The notes: generated from the letters alone by a model not told the origin. A stretch of 64,000 bases of DNA from Rhodosorus marinus CCMP1338 (GCA_029953675.1 JAMWBK010000008.1:2046001-2110000); one strand, 5' to 3'. Counted from the first letter of the stretch, positions 44,227-57,400 are shown. Numbers and translations are program-made.

Positions 44227-45770
44227 TCCGGGCTTTCTCCAGTGCTCGTTGTTGCTGTTTCGGTATTGTTGCAGTCAGCGGTTAACCTATTGGCTTCGCT
44301 CACTTCCAACTCATTGGGGCCGGTGGTTGGCCACTCGTGCGGATGCTGAAAGTTTCCGTGACCTGGGGTATTTTCTCGATGAAGAGCTGAGCGCTCTGCC
44401 GCGACCCACCTGTGATGTTGTGCGCGCCCAGGTAGGCCTCCCATTGCGATTGGGGGGACTGGGCCTCTGAAATCGTGTTGTGGTCCAACCTGCAGCCGCA
44501 GTAGGGGCCTGGGGAACCGCACTTCCCACTTTGAGCAGCTTGGGTATCTCGAAGTTCCGCAATTTGATGGCGAGCCTCTCGCGGGGTGTCTTGCTTCCCA
44601 GCGTACCGGAAAGCGCCCAAGACTTGTTTCTGGAGCTCCAAACCGCCCTGAATTCCTGTACTAGTCTCCCCGAAACCGTTCAACCCCGTCTTCCTGACTG
44701 GCGAGCTGTATTTGACCGCTCTCGAGGCTCCGCCCCGGGGATTCGTCCTGCGCCTGAACCTGTTCTAGGGAGATTGACCCAGTGGTTGCCGCAGAAGAAG
44801 AAGTTCCAGTTGATCCTCCTGATGATTCCCAGCGCGCTGGGAGCCGAGCTCAAGCACGCACGGATGCGCTGCAAAATATCCTTTCTTGGGACTTGCACCG
44901 TGCTGCATATGGCCGACTCCTCGCACAGATGGTCTCATCTTCTCGCGCTCGCGCCCGCCTACGTAGTCTTGGAGGGGTTATTAGCTCTCAGTGGCTCATG
45001 ACCGTACCAGCCTTTCCGCCACTCACACTGTCGGATTTCGAAGTGCGTACTTCACTGCGCTTATACCTCGGCTTACATCAGCCCCCTTGGCCGTACGAGA
45101 TGGGTTCGTCGTGCCCTCTCTGCTCTCAGACTGAAGACAACGCAGATTTTAGCGCCCACCTGCTCGCTAGTTGCCCGGCGGTGAAAGGTGCTCGAACCCG
45201 CCGCCACACACGGATCTTGAACCTGTTATACCGGGAACTTCGGCCTATAGTCCGGCAAGCCGGTCTGGAAATCGAACGTGAGAAACCTTTACCCGTTGCG
45301 GACTTTCAAAATGATGAACGCCGTGTAGCCGACCTGGTGATCACCTGTGACGACAGCCGCCCTACCACATACGTTGATCTTGCTGTTCCTAACCCTCAAG
45401 CTAGTCGTCATCTCCCGGCTGCGGGGGAGCGCCGTGGATCTGCCGCCGCCAGCATGAGACGCCGCAAAGAGATCAAATACGCGGGGGCTTTGTCTTCCCC
45501 TGGTGTTCGTGCTTCGGCACTAGCACATCGCTTGGTACCCCTGATCATTGAGTGCTTTGGGTTCATGGACTCTGTTGGTTCTCGCTGGCTTCGGGAGTTG
45601 TTCCGCGAACGCCCTGACCGTCGTCAATCGTTGTTTACCCGCTTAAGTTTCCTGCTGTGGCGCATGAATGCCGCTTTGATGTTGGAGGCGCGAGTACTTC
45701 GCCGCGCTTAGTCTTTTTTTCCCCTCGGGGTTTTTTTTTTCAGCCTCCGATTAAAACCATTCGTTCGTTC
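44227..45770 (+). mobile_element. 5'-truncated F3 element (post-RT region, CCHC, RLE)
   Basis: ORFs 44207-44470 (QVGLPLRLGGLG), 44480-45001 and 44782-45711; tail ttaaaaccattcgttcgttc. Confidence 0.92.
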
Positions 45771-46199
45771 GTTGAGTAAATGAATGAATTTGTTTAATTT
45801 AGATTGACGATCGTATTTTACAGTGTATTGGTGAGGTGTACAAATTGATTGTTTTGCCAAATGAAAATTAAAGAAAGAAAGAACTTGTTTAGAGAATGAT
45901 TTTGTGGAGAGGATGAAAGAGCATGGCAAGAAGGGGTGAATGTACGAGTTGGAGCACTGTACATTGAAAGTTGTGTTGTGTTCTTCGCCGCACTTAGTCT
46001 TTTTTTCCCCTCGCGGTTTTTTCTTTCAGCCTCCGATTAAACCGTTCGTCGTACATTGAAAGTTGTGAAAGTGGAGATTGATTTTTGACGTTTTTCGTGC
46101 AAAAAAAAGGAGGGCAAACATATTGTCCAAAAACCGTTGGACGTGCTGCTACTCCTTCGAAGCGTACTTGCGGAGGCTCATTCTCCTGAAAAAATCCAA

Positions 46200-47788
46200 G
46201 CGAGGGAGCTTTATAGTGATGATGTGTAAAGGGTATTACCCTGGAGCTGGCGCTGTCGGTGGTGGTGGGGAGTATGTTGGAGAGGTGGAGAGGCCATCTG
46301 TTGAACCGGGAGCGAGGGGTTTGGGTTTGTTCTCTGTTCTTGCTTGGTATCATCAGTGTTGTATCAGTCTGTAGGACGTATTTACATCCCTGAACCGGTG
46401 GAATACCGCAACCGGAGGAATACTGCCAAGGTCGTGGTCAAGAGGGGCGAGCCGGAGGGCACTTAGTCATATGTCAAGACGAGATGGTGGCGGATGAGAT
46501 GGGATGTTCCGAAAATTCTTCTCTTTTTTTGGTCGGCCACGCCATTCTCAAGGGAGCACATGGCGAGGAGCTCAGGGCAGAGATCACTCCAGACGATACA
46601 TGCGAGCTCAGAGTCACCGATGGACCCGACGTTCCGGTATGTGAGCTTCCGGTTATGTGCGGCTGCGATCCTATCGGATTTTGCTTGCTAGACACTGCAA
46701 GCGAGCCGATTTGCATCTCCAAGGAAGAATACTTGCCATTGGGAAATTGTCTCGGCGATATCGTGGTGAGGACGCTTGCCCACCCCCTAGCCTTAATTCG
46801 GCTACACTACTCCTCGAACCGCGTTCTGAACGCGATTGCTGCCTTAACGATTTTTCCTGACAGATGCCGGACCCAGATACACAATTTTGCACCTGTGGTT
46901 GCGCGGCTGGCGAGGGAAACTGTCTCCACAACGGGGAATGCATTAAGCCGGACTTTACTGGACTTTACTAGCATAGCCTGAAGCGCTACGCAAGGCGTGA
47001 AGATGAACTAATAACTAGGGAGGGAAGCATACAACCCCAGGCGCCGGACTTTACTAGCATAGCCTGAAGCGCTACGCAAGGCGTGAAGATGAACTAATAA
47101 CTAGGGAGGGAAGCATGCAACCCCAGGCGCCGATGGCGCGCCTCGGAAAGCATGTCTTGCTATGCATTAAGCTTGCAGTGTACGGAAACAAAAACTGTCT
47201 GGCGGTGAGTAGCTACCTGTATTGATTACGGGGACTGGGAGTGGGTAAAATCGTGACTGATCTCTCGTGAACTCTCCCTTACCTCGCTCGAACTGCGCCA
47301 GTACTGCGCAGTGGGTCGTGCACACTGGAGGTCCTGGAGACGACATCATATTTGGTTCGGACGGGCCTGACCTAATCTACGCGTACGAGGGCAACGACAC
47401 TATTTATGGTTTGGGTGGAGATGACGAGATATTCGGTGGTGCAGGTGATGACTTAATATTTGGGGGCCAAGGTAACGACTTTATCGAAGGCGAAGATGGT
47501 ATTGACTCGATCTACGGCGAAGCTGGTAATGACGAGATTTTTGGCGGCGACAGGGATGACGAAAATTTTGGCGGCGCTGGGGATGACACAATTACGGGCG
47601 GTAATGGGGTGGACTATATTCTTGGCGGCGAAGGTGATGACATTATTCATTCTAATATGCTATGTGATGACATTTATGCCAATACTCGTGATGCCATGCT
47701 TAATGGCAGTACTGGGGATTAAGCAATGCTTCGTTGAGATGCCACCGACTTTCTGGATGATGACACGTTTGTGGATAATGGTGCTTAG
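46200..47788 (+). pseudogene. Disrupted multi-exon gene: shared N-terminal domain + CxC modules + RTX (GGxGxD) Ca-binding repeats
   Basis: Exon ending 46765 (donor GTGAGG). A 117-nt exon, 46864-46948 + 47173-47204 (MPDPDTQFCTCGCAAGEGNCLHNGECIKLAVYGNKNCLA), is split by an F1 insertion. Last exon from 47312 has 12 nonapeptides, in-frame stops at 47720 and 47735 and a probable original stop at 47786-47788. The 5' boundary is uncertain. Confidence 0.75.
46949..47161 (-). mobile_element. Two tandem F1 3' ends inside one TSD
   Basis: TSD ATGCATTAAGC at 46938-46948 and 47162-47172; fragments 46949-47045 and 47046-47156, plus 5 extra nt. Confidence 0.92.
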
Positions 47789-47939
47789 TAAAGCGATCTT
47801 TCTGCTAGCTGGAATATGACCACCCAATGGACTATCGTGAAATAAAACTCGAAATCTTCACGGGTGCTGATCTAATATAAAAAATTGCTGTTGTGGGAAA
47901 AAATCGGGATTCACATGCCCCACCCTCCGGGGTAGATGC

Positions 47940-48600
47940 TCGCCTTTGCCCTGTACCTTGGCCCTGTTCCGGAGCTTGAGCGGTAATCCGAGCTCCAAGT
48001 GCTTCCCCGTGATTCCGGCCTACCCGCGACTAGCGGACTTCGAGCTGCGAGTGGGAATACGTCTATATCTGGGTCTCCCCCCGCTTACCTGTCGAGCGGG
48101 AGGCACCGTATCGTGTTTTCGGTGGCATTGTGGCATCCAGCGATTTTGGTGCCCGTCTGTTGGCGTCCTGTGCGATGGGCAAGGCGGCCGTACTCGTCGC
48201 CTACGAACGCGACCAGCTTTTATTTCAATATCTAAGGTTACATGCGTTTGGTACGGAATGCGAGGTGGACGAAGAGGTTCCTTTGCCTGTTGCTCGGGCG
48301 CTTGATGATAATGATGAAACACCTGCCACCCAGCGTATGGCGGATTTGGTGGCCACTGACCTGGCTACTCGCTGGAGCGAGTGTCTTGATTTTTCTGTTC
48401 CTTGAACTCAGACTGCCCAATTTTTCCAACGCTTGCACAACATCTTGGTGCGGCCACTGGTTCAATGCACCGACTCAACGAGTTTCAGTACACTGACGCG
48501 CTGAATCATCCAACTTTTCAGGACTTGGCACTGTCTCATCGGTTTGCACCGCAGGTCATCAAATGCTTCGATCTCTTAGACATTGTTGCATCTCGCTGAC
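47940..48600 (+). pseudogene. Decayed CRE-like fragment of a further family (F4, related to F3)
   Basis: FELRVGIRLYLGLP; DFGARLLASC; RMADLVATD...LDFSVP across frameshifts. Confidence 0.7.
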
Positions 48601-48741
48601 TCCGTCGTGTTCACCACAATGCCCTCGGCGTGTTGACAGCCTCCTCACGGAGCTTTTCCTTCGCTGTCGCGTGCGTATACAGTTCTTCCACAGTGGGAGA
48701 CACTACTGAACTATTCTTTCCTTCACGACTGTATCACAATA

Positions 48742-51700
48742 TGGTGGTATTACTGGTCTTTATTTGGTCTTTATTGGGCTTTATTGGGTTTATTAGCATA
48801 GCCTGAAGCGCTACGCAAGGCGTGGAAGGGGACTAAGAACTAGGTAGGGAAGCGTGCAAACCCTGGCGCCTATGGCGCGCCTCGGCAAGCATGCTGCTCG
48901 AATATTTCCACAGAGAGACACTTAAACGCCGCAAAAGTTCCAAGTATTCAACACGATGCTCACTAAAACATTTCCGCAACCACTCCAAACCCGACTTCTC
49001 CACGTGACGAAAGTTTTCCACAATGAAAGGCTGGAACCGGTGGGAGCGACCCTCAGCGCGCGGCAGACTGGCCATACTCTCAGCATACCGTCGTTCCTTC
49101 ACTCGGCGAGGTGCTGAAGCAGCTGCCCCCCGGCGGCGAGCGGCTGCAGTGAGATGGACGCTAGCCACAGGGCATGTTATCGCGAGGTCAACATATGTGG
49201 AGCGTCTGGCAGCAGCGTTGGAGACAAGAAGATCTGCAATACAGCGAGGCGGCGCCGTGTCCGAGACCGATCTCGGATGTTCCGATTCCACCTCCACCGT
49301 ATGCCCTACCCGAGTCAAGCATTCGCTGAGAATGTATTTGAAGCGAGTGTGACGCCTCGTACGAAGACCTCGCAACAGTCCACATGAACCTAAGAAGTGG
49401 TACCCACAAGCATCTATCCGACTCTCACATCCCTGACAGAAAGACGGCCGATTAGAGTGCCACGGAGCTTGCGGCAAACCCAGGTAGATCCGTGCAGCGG
49501 AGCAGGCAGCGGAGTGAAAGGCATCGAGACGGTGACCCAGTGACGAGGGGAGAGTGGTTAACCACAAGTGCGATAGATTCCCTCCCATGCCGCGGAGTCG
49601 AGCGGTGGTTGGCGGGGTGAGGGGAGAGTTGAGCAAGATTGCGTGAGCAGCACTGTCTTGACCCCAGGTGAGGCTATGTTGAATCACATCAGTGCGCGAG
49701 CTCCACAATCGACTCAGACCCGGGTAATCGGCAACCGGTGACCCGGGGCTAGCTTCCCCCTCGTCGGCGAGTACTCTGTCGATGGGAGAGTTCTCGACCG
49801 CCTCAGTCCTTCCCTACAGCTCCTTCCAGGAGCGAAATTTGGAGCGGCTCTCATCCGGCACGGAGTTGCACTTGCCGAACGCCTGTTGCAGAGCATCATA
49901 CAGACTCAAAAGTGGTGGCGGCAGGGTCACCGGGTCTTCGCTCGTCAGTGCTTTAGCCAGAAGGCAGGCACTACGCATCCGAAAACTCACCAAAGTGCGA
50001 AGCGCGGTAGCCCAGGAGGCGACCGCCGCAGGTGAGCAGACGAGTCCACGGTCGGCCACGCCAAATCCACCTAAGCGCAACGGTAGGGCAATCTGGGCAC
50101 GAATTATGTCCCGGTCAGGAGCAGCATCAACATCCAGCGGTTCATCCAAGAGAGTGCCCCAGTGTTTCAAGGTCAGCTCGTCGGCCTTGGCGGCGATCGA
50201 CGAGCCTCAATGTGGTGGAAGGCTTCGTAGCCAGTAATTCAGCCGGGGAACCGGCACAAAAGCGGGAAAGCAGATATACCGATTGTAGCATGCTGTCCGG
50301 TAGGCGCTCAATGGCGTCGGTGAGCTGCTTATCTCTTGCTAACACTCGTTCGCAAGAGTCTCGGACAAAGTTGTCACTCCCCAAATCGACGCCATGGTGC
50401 TCGAGGCCTTCACGTTCGCCAATGAGTCGAAGACGAGGGGGCAAAGAGGCCATCGAAACTCCACTCGGGGCGAGAAAACGGCATTTCGTAGGCTCAACCA
50501 TCAGGCCTAATCTCTGTGCAATCGCTTCGATCTGGGTCAGCCCAAGAGCCAGGGTCTCAGGGGTGCCTAACAACGTGACGTCGTCGTGATAAGCGCAGAT
50601 ACGAATGTCCGGAACCGCAACCGCGAGACGTTGGAGAACGAGCTGCAAGGCACAGGCGTACAGAACAGGCCTACAAGGATCACCTTGTTGAACGCCAGTG
50701 AGTGCGTCAAAAACAGAGCCCGTCGGTGTCAAGTAAGAGAGGCTCCCCCCTCCGTAGATACCGGATAGAAACGGCCACGCCTCCGGGAATACCCTTCTAA
50801 TCACCTCCAAAGCATGCGTCCGCGAAACTCTGTTAAACGCGTTGCGGAAATCAACCACCAAAACACCCCAATCCGGCCGACTCGCGCGCTCCCGCTCAAT
50901 CGCATGAGTTATCAGCTGGACTTTACTGGACTTTACTAGGACTTTACTAGCATAGCCTGAAGCGCTACGCAAGGCGTGAAGATGAACTAATAACTAGGGA
51001 GGGAAGAATGCAACCCCAGGCGCCGATGGCGCGCCTCGGAAAGCATGTCGCTGGAAAATCGCCAAAGGGAGACACTTAAACGCCTCAAGAGCGCCAAATA
51101 TTCAGTAGGATGCTCAGCAAAACATTTCCGCAACCACTCTAAACCCGACTTATCCACGTGACCAAAGCTTTCCACAATGAATGGCTGGAACCGGTGAGAG
51201 CGACCCTCAGCGCAAGGCAGACTGGCCATGCTCTCAGCATACCGTCGTTCCTTAACTCTTCGAAGGGCTGAAGCCGCGGCCCCCCGGCGGCGGGCGGCTG
51301 CGGTGAGGTGGGCGCTGGCCACGGGGCAAGTAATCGCAAGGTCCACATATGTTGAGCGTCTGGCAGCAGCGTCGGAGACGAGGAGATCGGCTATACAACG
51401 GGGCGGTGCAGAGTCCGAGATTTATCTGGGCAGTTCCGACTCAACCTCAACCGTATGCCCTATCCGAGTCAAAAATTCGCTGAGGATGTACTTGAGGCGA
51501 GTGTGACGCCTCGTACGGAGACCTCTCAACAGTCCGCAGGAACCCAGGAAGTGGTAGCCACAAGCGTCAATCCGGCTCTCACATCCCTGACAGAACGACG
51601 GCCGATTAGAGTGCCACGGAGCCAGTGGCAAACCGAGATATATCCGTGCGGCCGAACGGAACTGGAAAGCATCGAGACGATGACTCAATGACGACGGTAG

Positions 51701-54700
51701 AGTGGTTAACCACAAGTGCGAGAGGTGGCCTCCCATGTTGGCCCCAGGTGAGGCTATGTTGAATCACATCAGTGCGGGAGCTCCACAATCGGCTCAAACC
51801 CGGGTAGTCTGCAACAGGTGAGCCGGGGCTAGCCCCTCCGTCATCGGCAAGAACTCGGTCGAGGGGACAATCCTCAATCGCTTCAGCTCGTCCCCATAAC
51901 AGCTCCCTCCAGGAACGAAAGCGGGACCGATTTGCGTCCGGCACGGCGTTGCACCTCCTGAACGCGTGTTGAAGACCATCATAAATTGTCAAAAGCGGGG
52001 GCGGCAGGGTCACTGGATCCTCGTTGGTCAAAGCTCGAGCCAAGAGGCAGGCACTTCGCATCTGGAAGGTCACCAACGTTCGCAGCGCGGTAGCCCAGGA
52101 GGCAACCGCCGCTGGCGAGCATACCAGCCCACGGTCTGCGACGCCGAATCCCCCTAATCGCAACGGTAGAGCGATCTGTGCACGAATCAAGTCCCTGTCG
52201 GGAGCAGCTTCAAGATCGAGGGCTCATCCAAGAGCGTTCCCCAGTGTTGCAGGGTCATTTCGTCGGCTTTAGCCGCGATCCACGAGCCCCAAGCTGGAGG
52301 CAGGCTGCGCAACCAGTAGTTGAGTCTGGGACCGGCACAAAAGCGGGAAAGCAAGCAGGCCGATTGCAGCATGCTGTCTGGTAGGTGCTCAATGGCGTCG
52401 GTGAGTTGCTTGTGCCGTGCCAAAACTCGCTCGCAGGATGCTTGGACAAAGTTTTCAGTCCCCAATCCGACGCCGTGGTGTTCGAACCCTTCACGTTCGC
52501 TGATTAGTCGCAGAGTGGGTGGCAGAGAGGTCAGCGACACGTCCCTCGGGGGCAGAAAGCGACATTTTTCTGTTTCCACAGTCAAACCGACGCGACGTGC
52601 AATCGCTTCGATCGCGGTCAGCCCCCTAGCCAGGGTGTCAGGGGGTGCCCAGCAGTGTTACGTCATCGTGGTACGCGCAGATTCGAAGATCCGAGACCTC
52701 AGTCGAAAGACGTAAAAGTACGAGCTGTAGGGCACAGGCATGAAGAAGAGGTCCGCAAGGGTCGCCTTGTTGGACGCCAGTATGTGCTTGAAAAACAGTG
52801 CCCTCCGTTGTCAAGTAGGGGAGGCTCTCCCCTCCGTAAATACCCGATAGAAACGGCCACGCCTTGGGAAACACCCGTCGGAGCACCTCTAGCGCATGCG
52901 TCCGCGACACGCTGTTGAATGCGTTCCGGAAATCAACCACCAAGACTCCCCACTCCGGCCTACTGGCGCGTTCTAGCTCGATCCCATGGGTGATCAGTTC
53001 GCAACCCCCAGAAAATCCCACCCCTACTTGCAAGGGCGCCATAAAAGCTGTGACGCGCTGGCGAAGGCGCTGGCATAGCCACCTCCCGGATAACTTCCGT
53101 AGGCTCTCCACCATCCCGATCGGCCGGAGACGCGGGTGGGCCGGCTGGTGGTCAGGTTCCGTGAGCAAGCAAAGCTGTGCCTGCCGGAGATGTTCCCATG
53201 GCGCAGACGCACCCAATACGCCCTGGAACAACTTGTTGAGGATCCTCAGAAGCGCGCTCTGGCCAGGCTGGCTCAGGGCCTGCAATAGCTCTGTTCTTAG
53301 TCCGGAGGGTCCGGGACCGCGTCCCCGACGCGAGGTACGAAGCAAATCCTCCAGGTCAGACTCACTGAGCGTCAGATCGATGCGAAACCTGGCCAACTCC
53401 GGACGGTCCAAGAATACCTCGAATTCAGGGGACAAGTCCACGTCGGACTCAGGGAACAAAGACGACACCGTCTGGGCGAGACTATCATCGTAGGGGAGGA
53501 CAGGCGCCTGGCCCTCCAAAACCCGCGCCGCTCGACTTAAATCGCCCACTGCTATCAATTTCTGTACTCGAGCCGGCACGGGCGACACTTTGCCATGCCG
53601 AGTCCGACGGGCGGATGGTGCTGACGACGCCAAATAGCTGCGCTGTAGTACTTCGAAGTCTTCCTTCAAGAACCGGGCCAGTCGGTCTCGTACTCGCCAT
53701 CTGCGCTCCGATGTGTGAATGGGGGCCAGAATCAGGCGCGGCATGACCCCCAGAAAAACCCAAATGACTGTGTCCCGAATGTTGCGAGCCAGGCTCGTGA
53801 AGATGAAATCGAGAATGATTCCAGCTACTAGAAGGTCTCCACGAGGGAGGACGACTGGGGGAATGCCCCCACGGAGGGGAAGCGAGCCTCCTTCCAAAGA
53901 AATCCACCGCCGGAGCCAACTCCGAAAACGCGTACGCCAAATGCCCCAGTCTCCGCCCTCCTTCAGGACATAAGACTGTAGATCCATAGGCTGCGACCTC
54001 GCAGCCGTGCCTGGAGCGCTAATCGTGCTTCTTCCCCTTAGACCCGGGGGAGTCGGTCCTCGCTCTCTTACCTCCTATCCGCACCAAAGTCGTGAGCCGC
54101 CCACTCCGCGAGGCTCGCGGAACGGAAACCGCGGGCTTCAGCAAAGTAACCTGGGCGTCCCCCACCGCCATGCCCTCAGTCTGCTCCCCTGCCTCACCGC
54201 TCTCGCTGGAAGTAGTGCTGGAAGCAGAGCCCTCCAAAATCCCCACCCGCTGCAGCTCTGTCTTGTAGCGCGAAGTCAGCACAAGTCGCCTCTCCAGATC
54301 GAAGAAACTGGACACCGCCATGCGCAGGTGACAAGGGCCCGACCGGAAGCGCTCCAACAAGATCCTCTCAAGGCGCTGAATCCGTAGCCAATGGATCGCT
54401 GCCGCCTTCACGCTGCTCTCACGCTCAGAGAGCCCTGCCGTTTCTCCCGGAGACAGGAAATTGCCCGAGAAACGGTCAAAATCGAAGTGCAAAACCACCT
54501 GCGGGTTGCAGCGCAGCCACCGGGCGCTCTCAGGCCACTGCTCGGTAGGCTTCGCCAGCAAGGCCTCCAGGTACTTGGCGGCGGTTTCGGAGACCAAAAA
54601 CAGCACATCGCGGCCCTCATAGTTTGCGAAGAAGAAATCACCCCTGCTGCACCCTAACGATTCCGCAAAAGTGTCCCGGAAATCTCGCATAGACGGAACC

Positions 54701-57400
54701 TGTCCTCGTGTAGTCTGGGGCCGGACATTTCGCACCCACAGAAATTGGAGAGTGGTCTCCACAGGTCCATCCTGAGGCTCGCGAGATGGTAGGAAACGGA
54801 GCATAGCCGCCGTACGTGTGGCAGTGGTGCCCTTCCGCAAGACTGATGCGTACGAAGCGCCCCCCTTGCGCCGCAGTAGCGGGGAGCTGGTGACCACCTG
54901 AGGGCTGGCCCAAGAGAGGGAAGTCCACAGCTGCAGTCTCCTCCACACCGGTTGCCGCACAGTCACCACCACCATTGCCTCGAGTCCCCGAGCGCTGAAG
55001 CGCGTTTTGGCCCGGCCTGCCGCTCCCCAACGTCGTACTGTCCCGCGCAGAAGCAACAGCCCTCGCCTGTCCCGGGACAGGTTCATGTTGATTGACCTGA
55101 TGTTGACTGCCTTCAGCCAACGCTGCCACTCTGGGGCAATTCAAATTCTCGTCCGAATTTGAATTTGACCTGGCCAGCAATCCCGATTCCAGCCCACCTA
55201 GCTTCTGGGTGAGCTGAGGGAGCACTCCACGATCACTCGCAGCCGTGATCAGGCTGGTGACAGCGGAGATAAGTGCACGCGCCTGGGTGCCAGAAGCGCC
55301 TTCCAAGTCAACCTCGGAAGAAAACGTGCCGCAGCTGAGGCGAACACGGAGTCCCCCACCTGGCAGTGCCTCCTTGGGAGGAGGCTCCGTCGAGCGCGGA
55401 GATATCCCTACCATCCTGAGGGAATGCGCAAAGGAAACGTTGCACCACCAATATGAAACCGCACCGAGAGAATAATCGACCAAACTCAACCCAAATAGGA
55501 AAGGCCCCGCAACACACCCACCCGGACGACAGAAGTAGTTGCAAATGCAACGACGCCCCGCGGAAAATCGAGGGGAAGGCGTACCAGAGGAAGCGCTTCC
55601 CGTAAACGAACACGCTCGCGACCGAAAAAGAAACAAAACCCCAATCCTCGACAACTACCAAAACGCCCAATACTTGTCAGCTCGCAACCCCCGGAAAATC
55701 CCACCCCGACCTGCAAGGGTGCCATAAAGGCGGTGACCCGCTGGCGAAGGCGCTGGCATAGCCACCTCCCAGCTAACTTCCGTAGACTCTCGACCGTACC
55801 GATCGGCCGGAGACGCGGGTGTGCCGGCTCGTGGTCGGGTTTCGTGAGCAAGCAAAGTTATGCCCGTCGCAGATGGTCCCAAGCGGTAGGCGCACCCCCT
55901 GCACCCTGGAATAGCATATTCAGGAGCTTCACCAGTGCGCTCTGGCCAGGCTTGCTCAAGGCCTGCAGTAGTTCCATTCGGAGCCCGGAGGGTCCAGGGC
56001 AGCGTCCACGCCGGGAGGTCCGGAGCAAATCCTCCAGATCAGAATCACGGAGCGTCAGGTCGATGCGAAACCTGGCCAACTCTGGACGATCTAAAAAGGC
56101 GTCGAAGTCGGGTAGCATGTCCACGTCGGACGAAGGGAACACGCTGACACAGTCTGGTCGAGACTCTCGTCGTAGGGGAGGACAGGCGCCTGGCCCTCCA
56201 GGACCCGTGCCGCTCGGCTGAGGTCGCCCACTGCTTTCTGTACTCGAGCCGTGACGGGCGAGACTGGTCCAGGCCGAGCCCGACGGACAGAGGGTTCCGA
56301 TGACGCCAAGTAGCTTTGCTGCAACACCTCAAATTCCCCCTTCAGGAACATGGCCAGTCGTTCCCGGACGCGCCATCTGCGCGCCGATGTGTGAGTGGGG
56401 GTCAGAATCAGGCGCGGCATGACTCCCAGAAATTGCCACGTGACGGTATCGCGAAAGTTACGTGCCAGACTCGTGAAAATGAAGTCCAGGATGGTCCCAG
56501 CCACTAAGAGCTCTCCTCGAGGTAGGACGACAGGCGGAATCCTGCCACGGAGGGGTAGGAAACCTCCTTCCATATCAATCCACCGCCGGAGTCAACTCCG
56601 AAAATGCGTCCTCCAGATGCCCCAGTCTCCGCCCTCCTTCAAGACATAAGACTGCAGGTCCATGGGCTGCGATCGCGCAGCCAAACCTGGGGAACTAATC
56701 GTGCTTCTCCCCCTTAGACCCGGGGGAGTCGGTCCTAATCCGTTTGGTGCTTTGCCCTCCTAAGGTTGTCAGACGGCCGCTCCTCGATGCTCGCAGTATA
56801 TTGCCTGCTGGGTTAGACGAATCGTTCGGGAGTCTCTCAACCGACATGCCCTCCGGCGCTCCCACTTCGCCACTATCACTGGAACTGGTACTAGAGGCAG
56901 ATCCATCTAACATCCCTAGCCGCTGAAGCGCTGACTTGTAGCCCGAGTTCAGCACGAGGCGCCGCTCCCGATCGAAAATGGTGGAGACGGCCGCGCGCAT
57001 GTGGCGTGGACCCGTCCGAAAGCGCTCCAACAAGATCCTCTCGATGCGATGAATGCGCAACCAATGAATAGCTGCCGCCTTCACGCGGCTGTCCTGCTCC
57101 GAAAGCCCTTCAGTCTGCCCTGGGGACAAGAACTGACCGGAGAACCGGTCGAACGCAAAGTGCATGGTGACCTTTGGGTGGCCACTAACCATCGTGCACT
57201 TTCGGGCCACTGCTCGGTGGGTTTCCCGAGCAACGCTTGAAGGTAAGTGGTGGCGTTCGCTGTGACGAGGAAGTGAACGTCGCGACCCTCCGTGTTGGCA
57301 AAAATAAAATCTTCACGACGACAGCCCAAGGATTCCGCAAAAACGTTCCGAAAATCGCGCAGACTCAGTACTTGGCCCCGGGTTGTCAACCCGTCTGTGC
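48742..57400 (-). mobile_element. Near-full-length F2 element interrupted by F1 copy D
   Basis: Tail at 48742-48793. ORF2 pieces 48833-50917 and 55677-56663 join in register (GFSGGCEL|ITHAIE). ORF1 homolog at 56695-57400. The 5' end is truncated and approximate. Confidence 0.88.
50918..55676 (-). mobile_element. Full-length F1 retrotransposon, copy D (frameshifts, small internal deletion)
   Basis: TSD TCAGCT at 50912-50917 and 55677-55682. ORF2 split (52638-53987, 52187-52585, 51606-52190, 51422-51736, 50987-51346); ORF1 split (54638-55654, 54019-55086). Confidence 0.93.
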
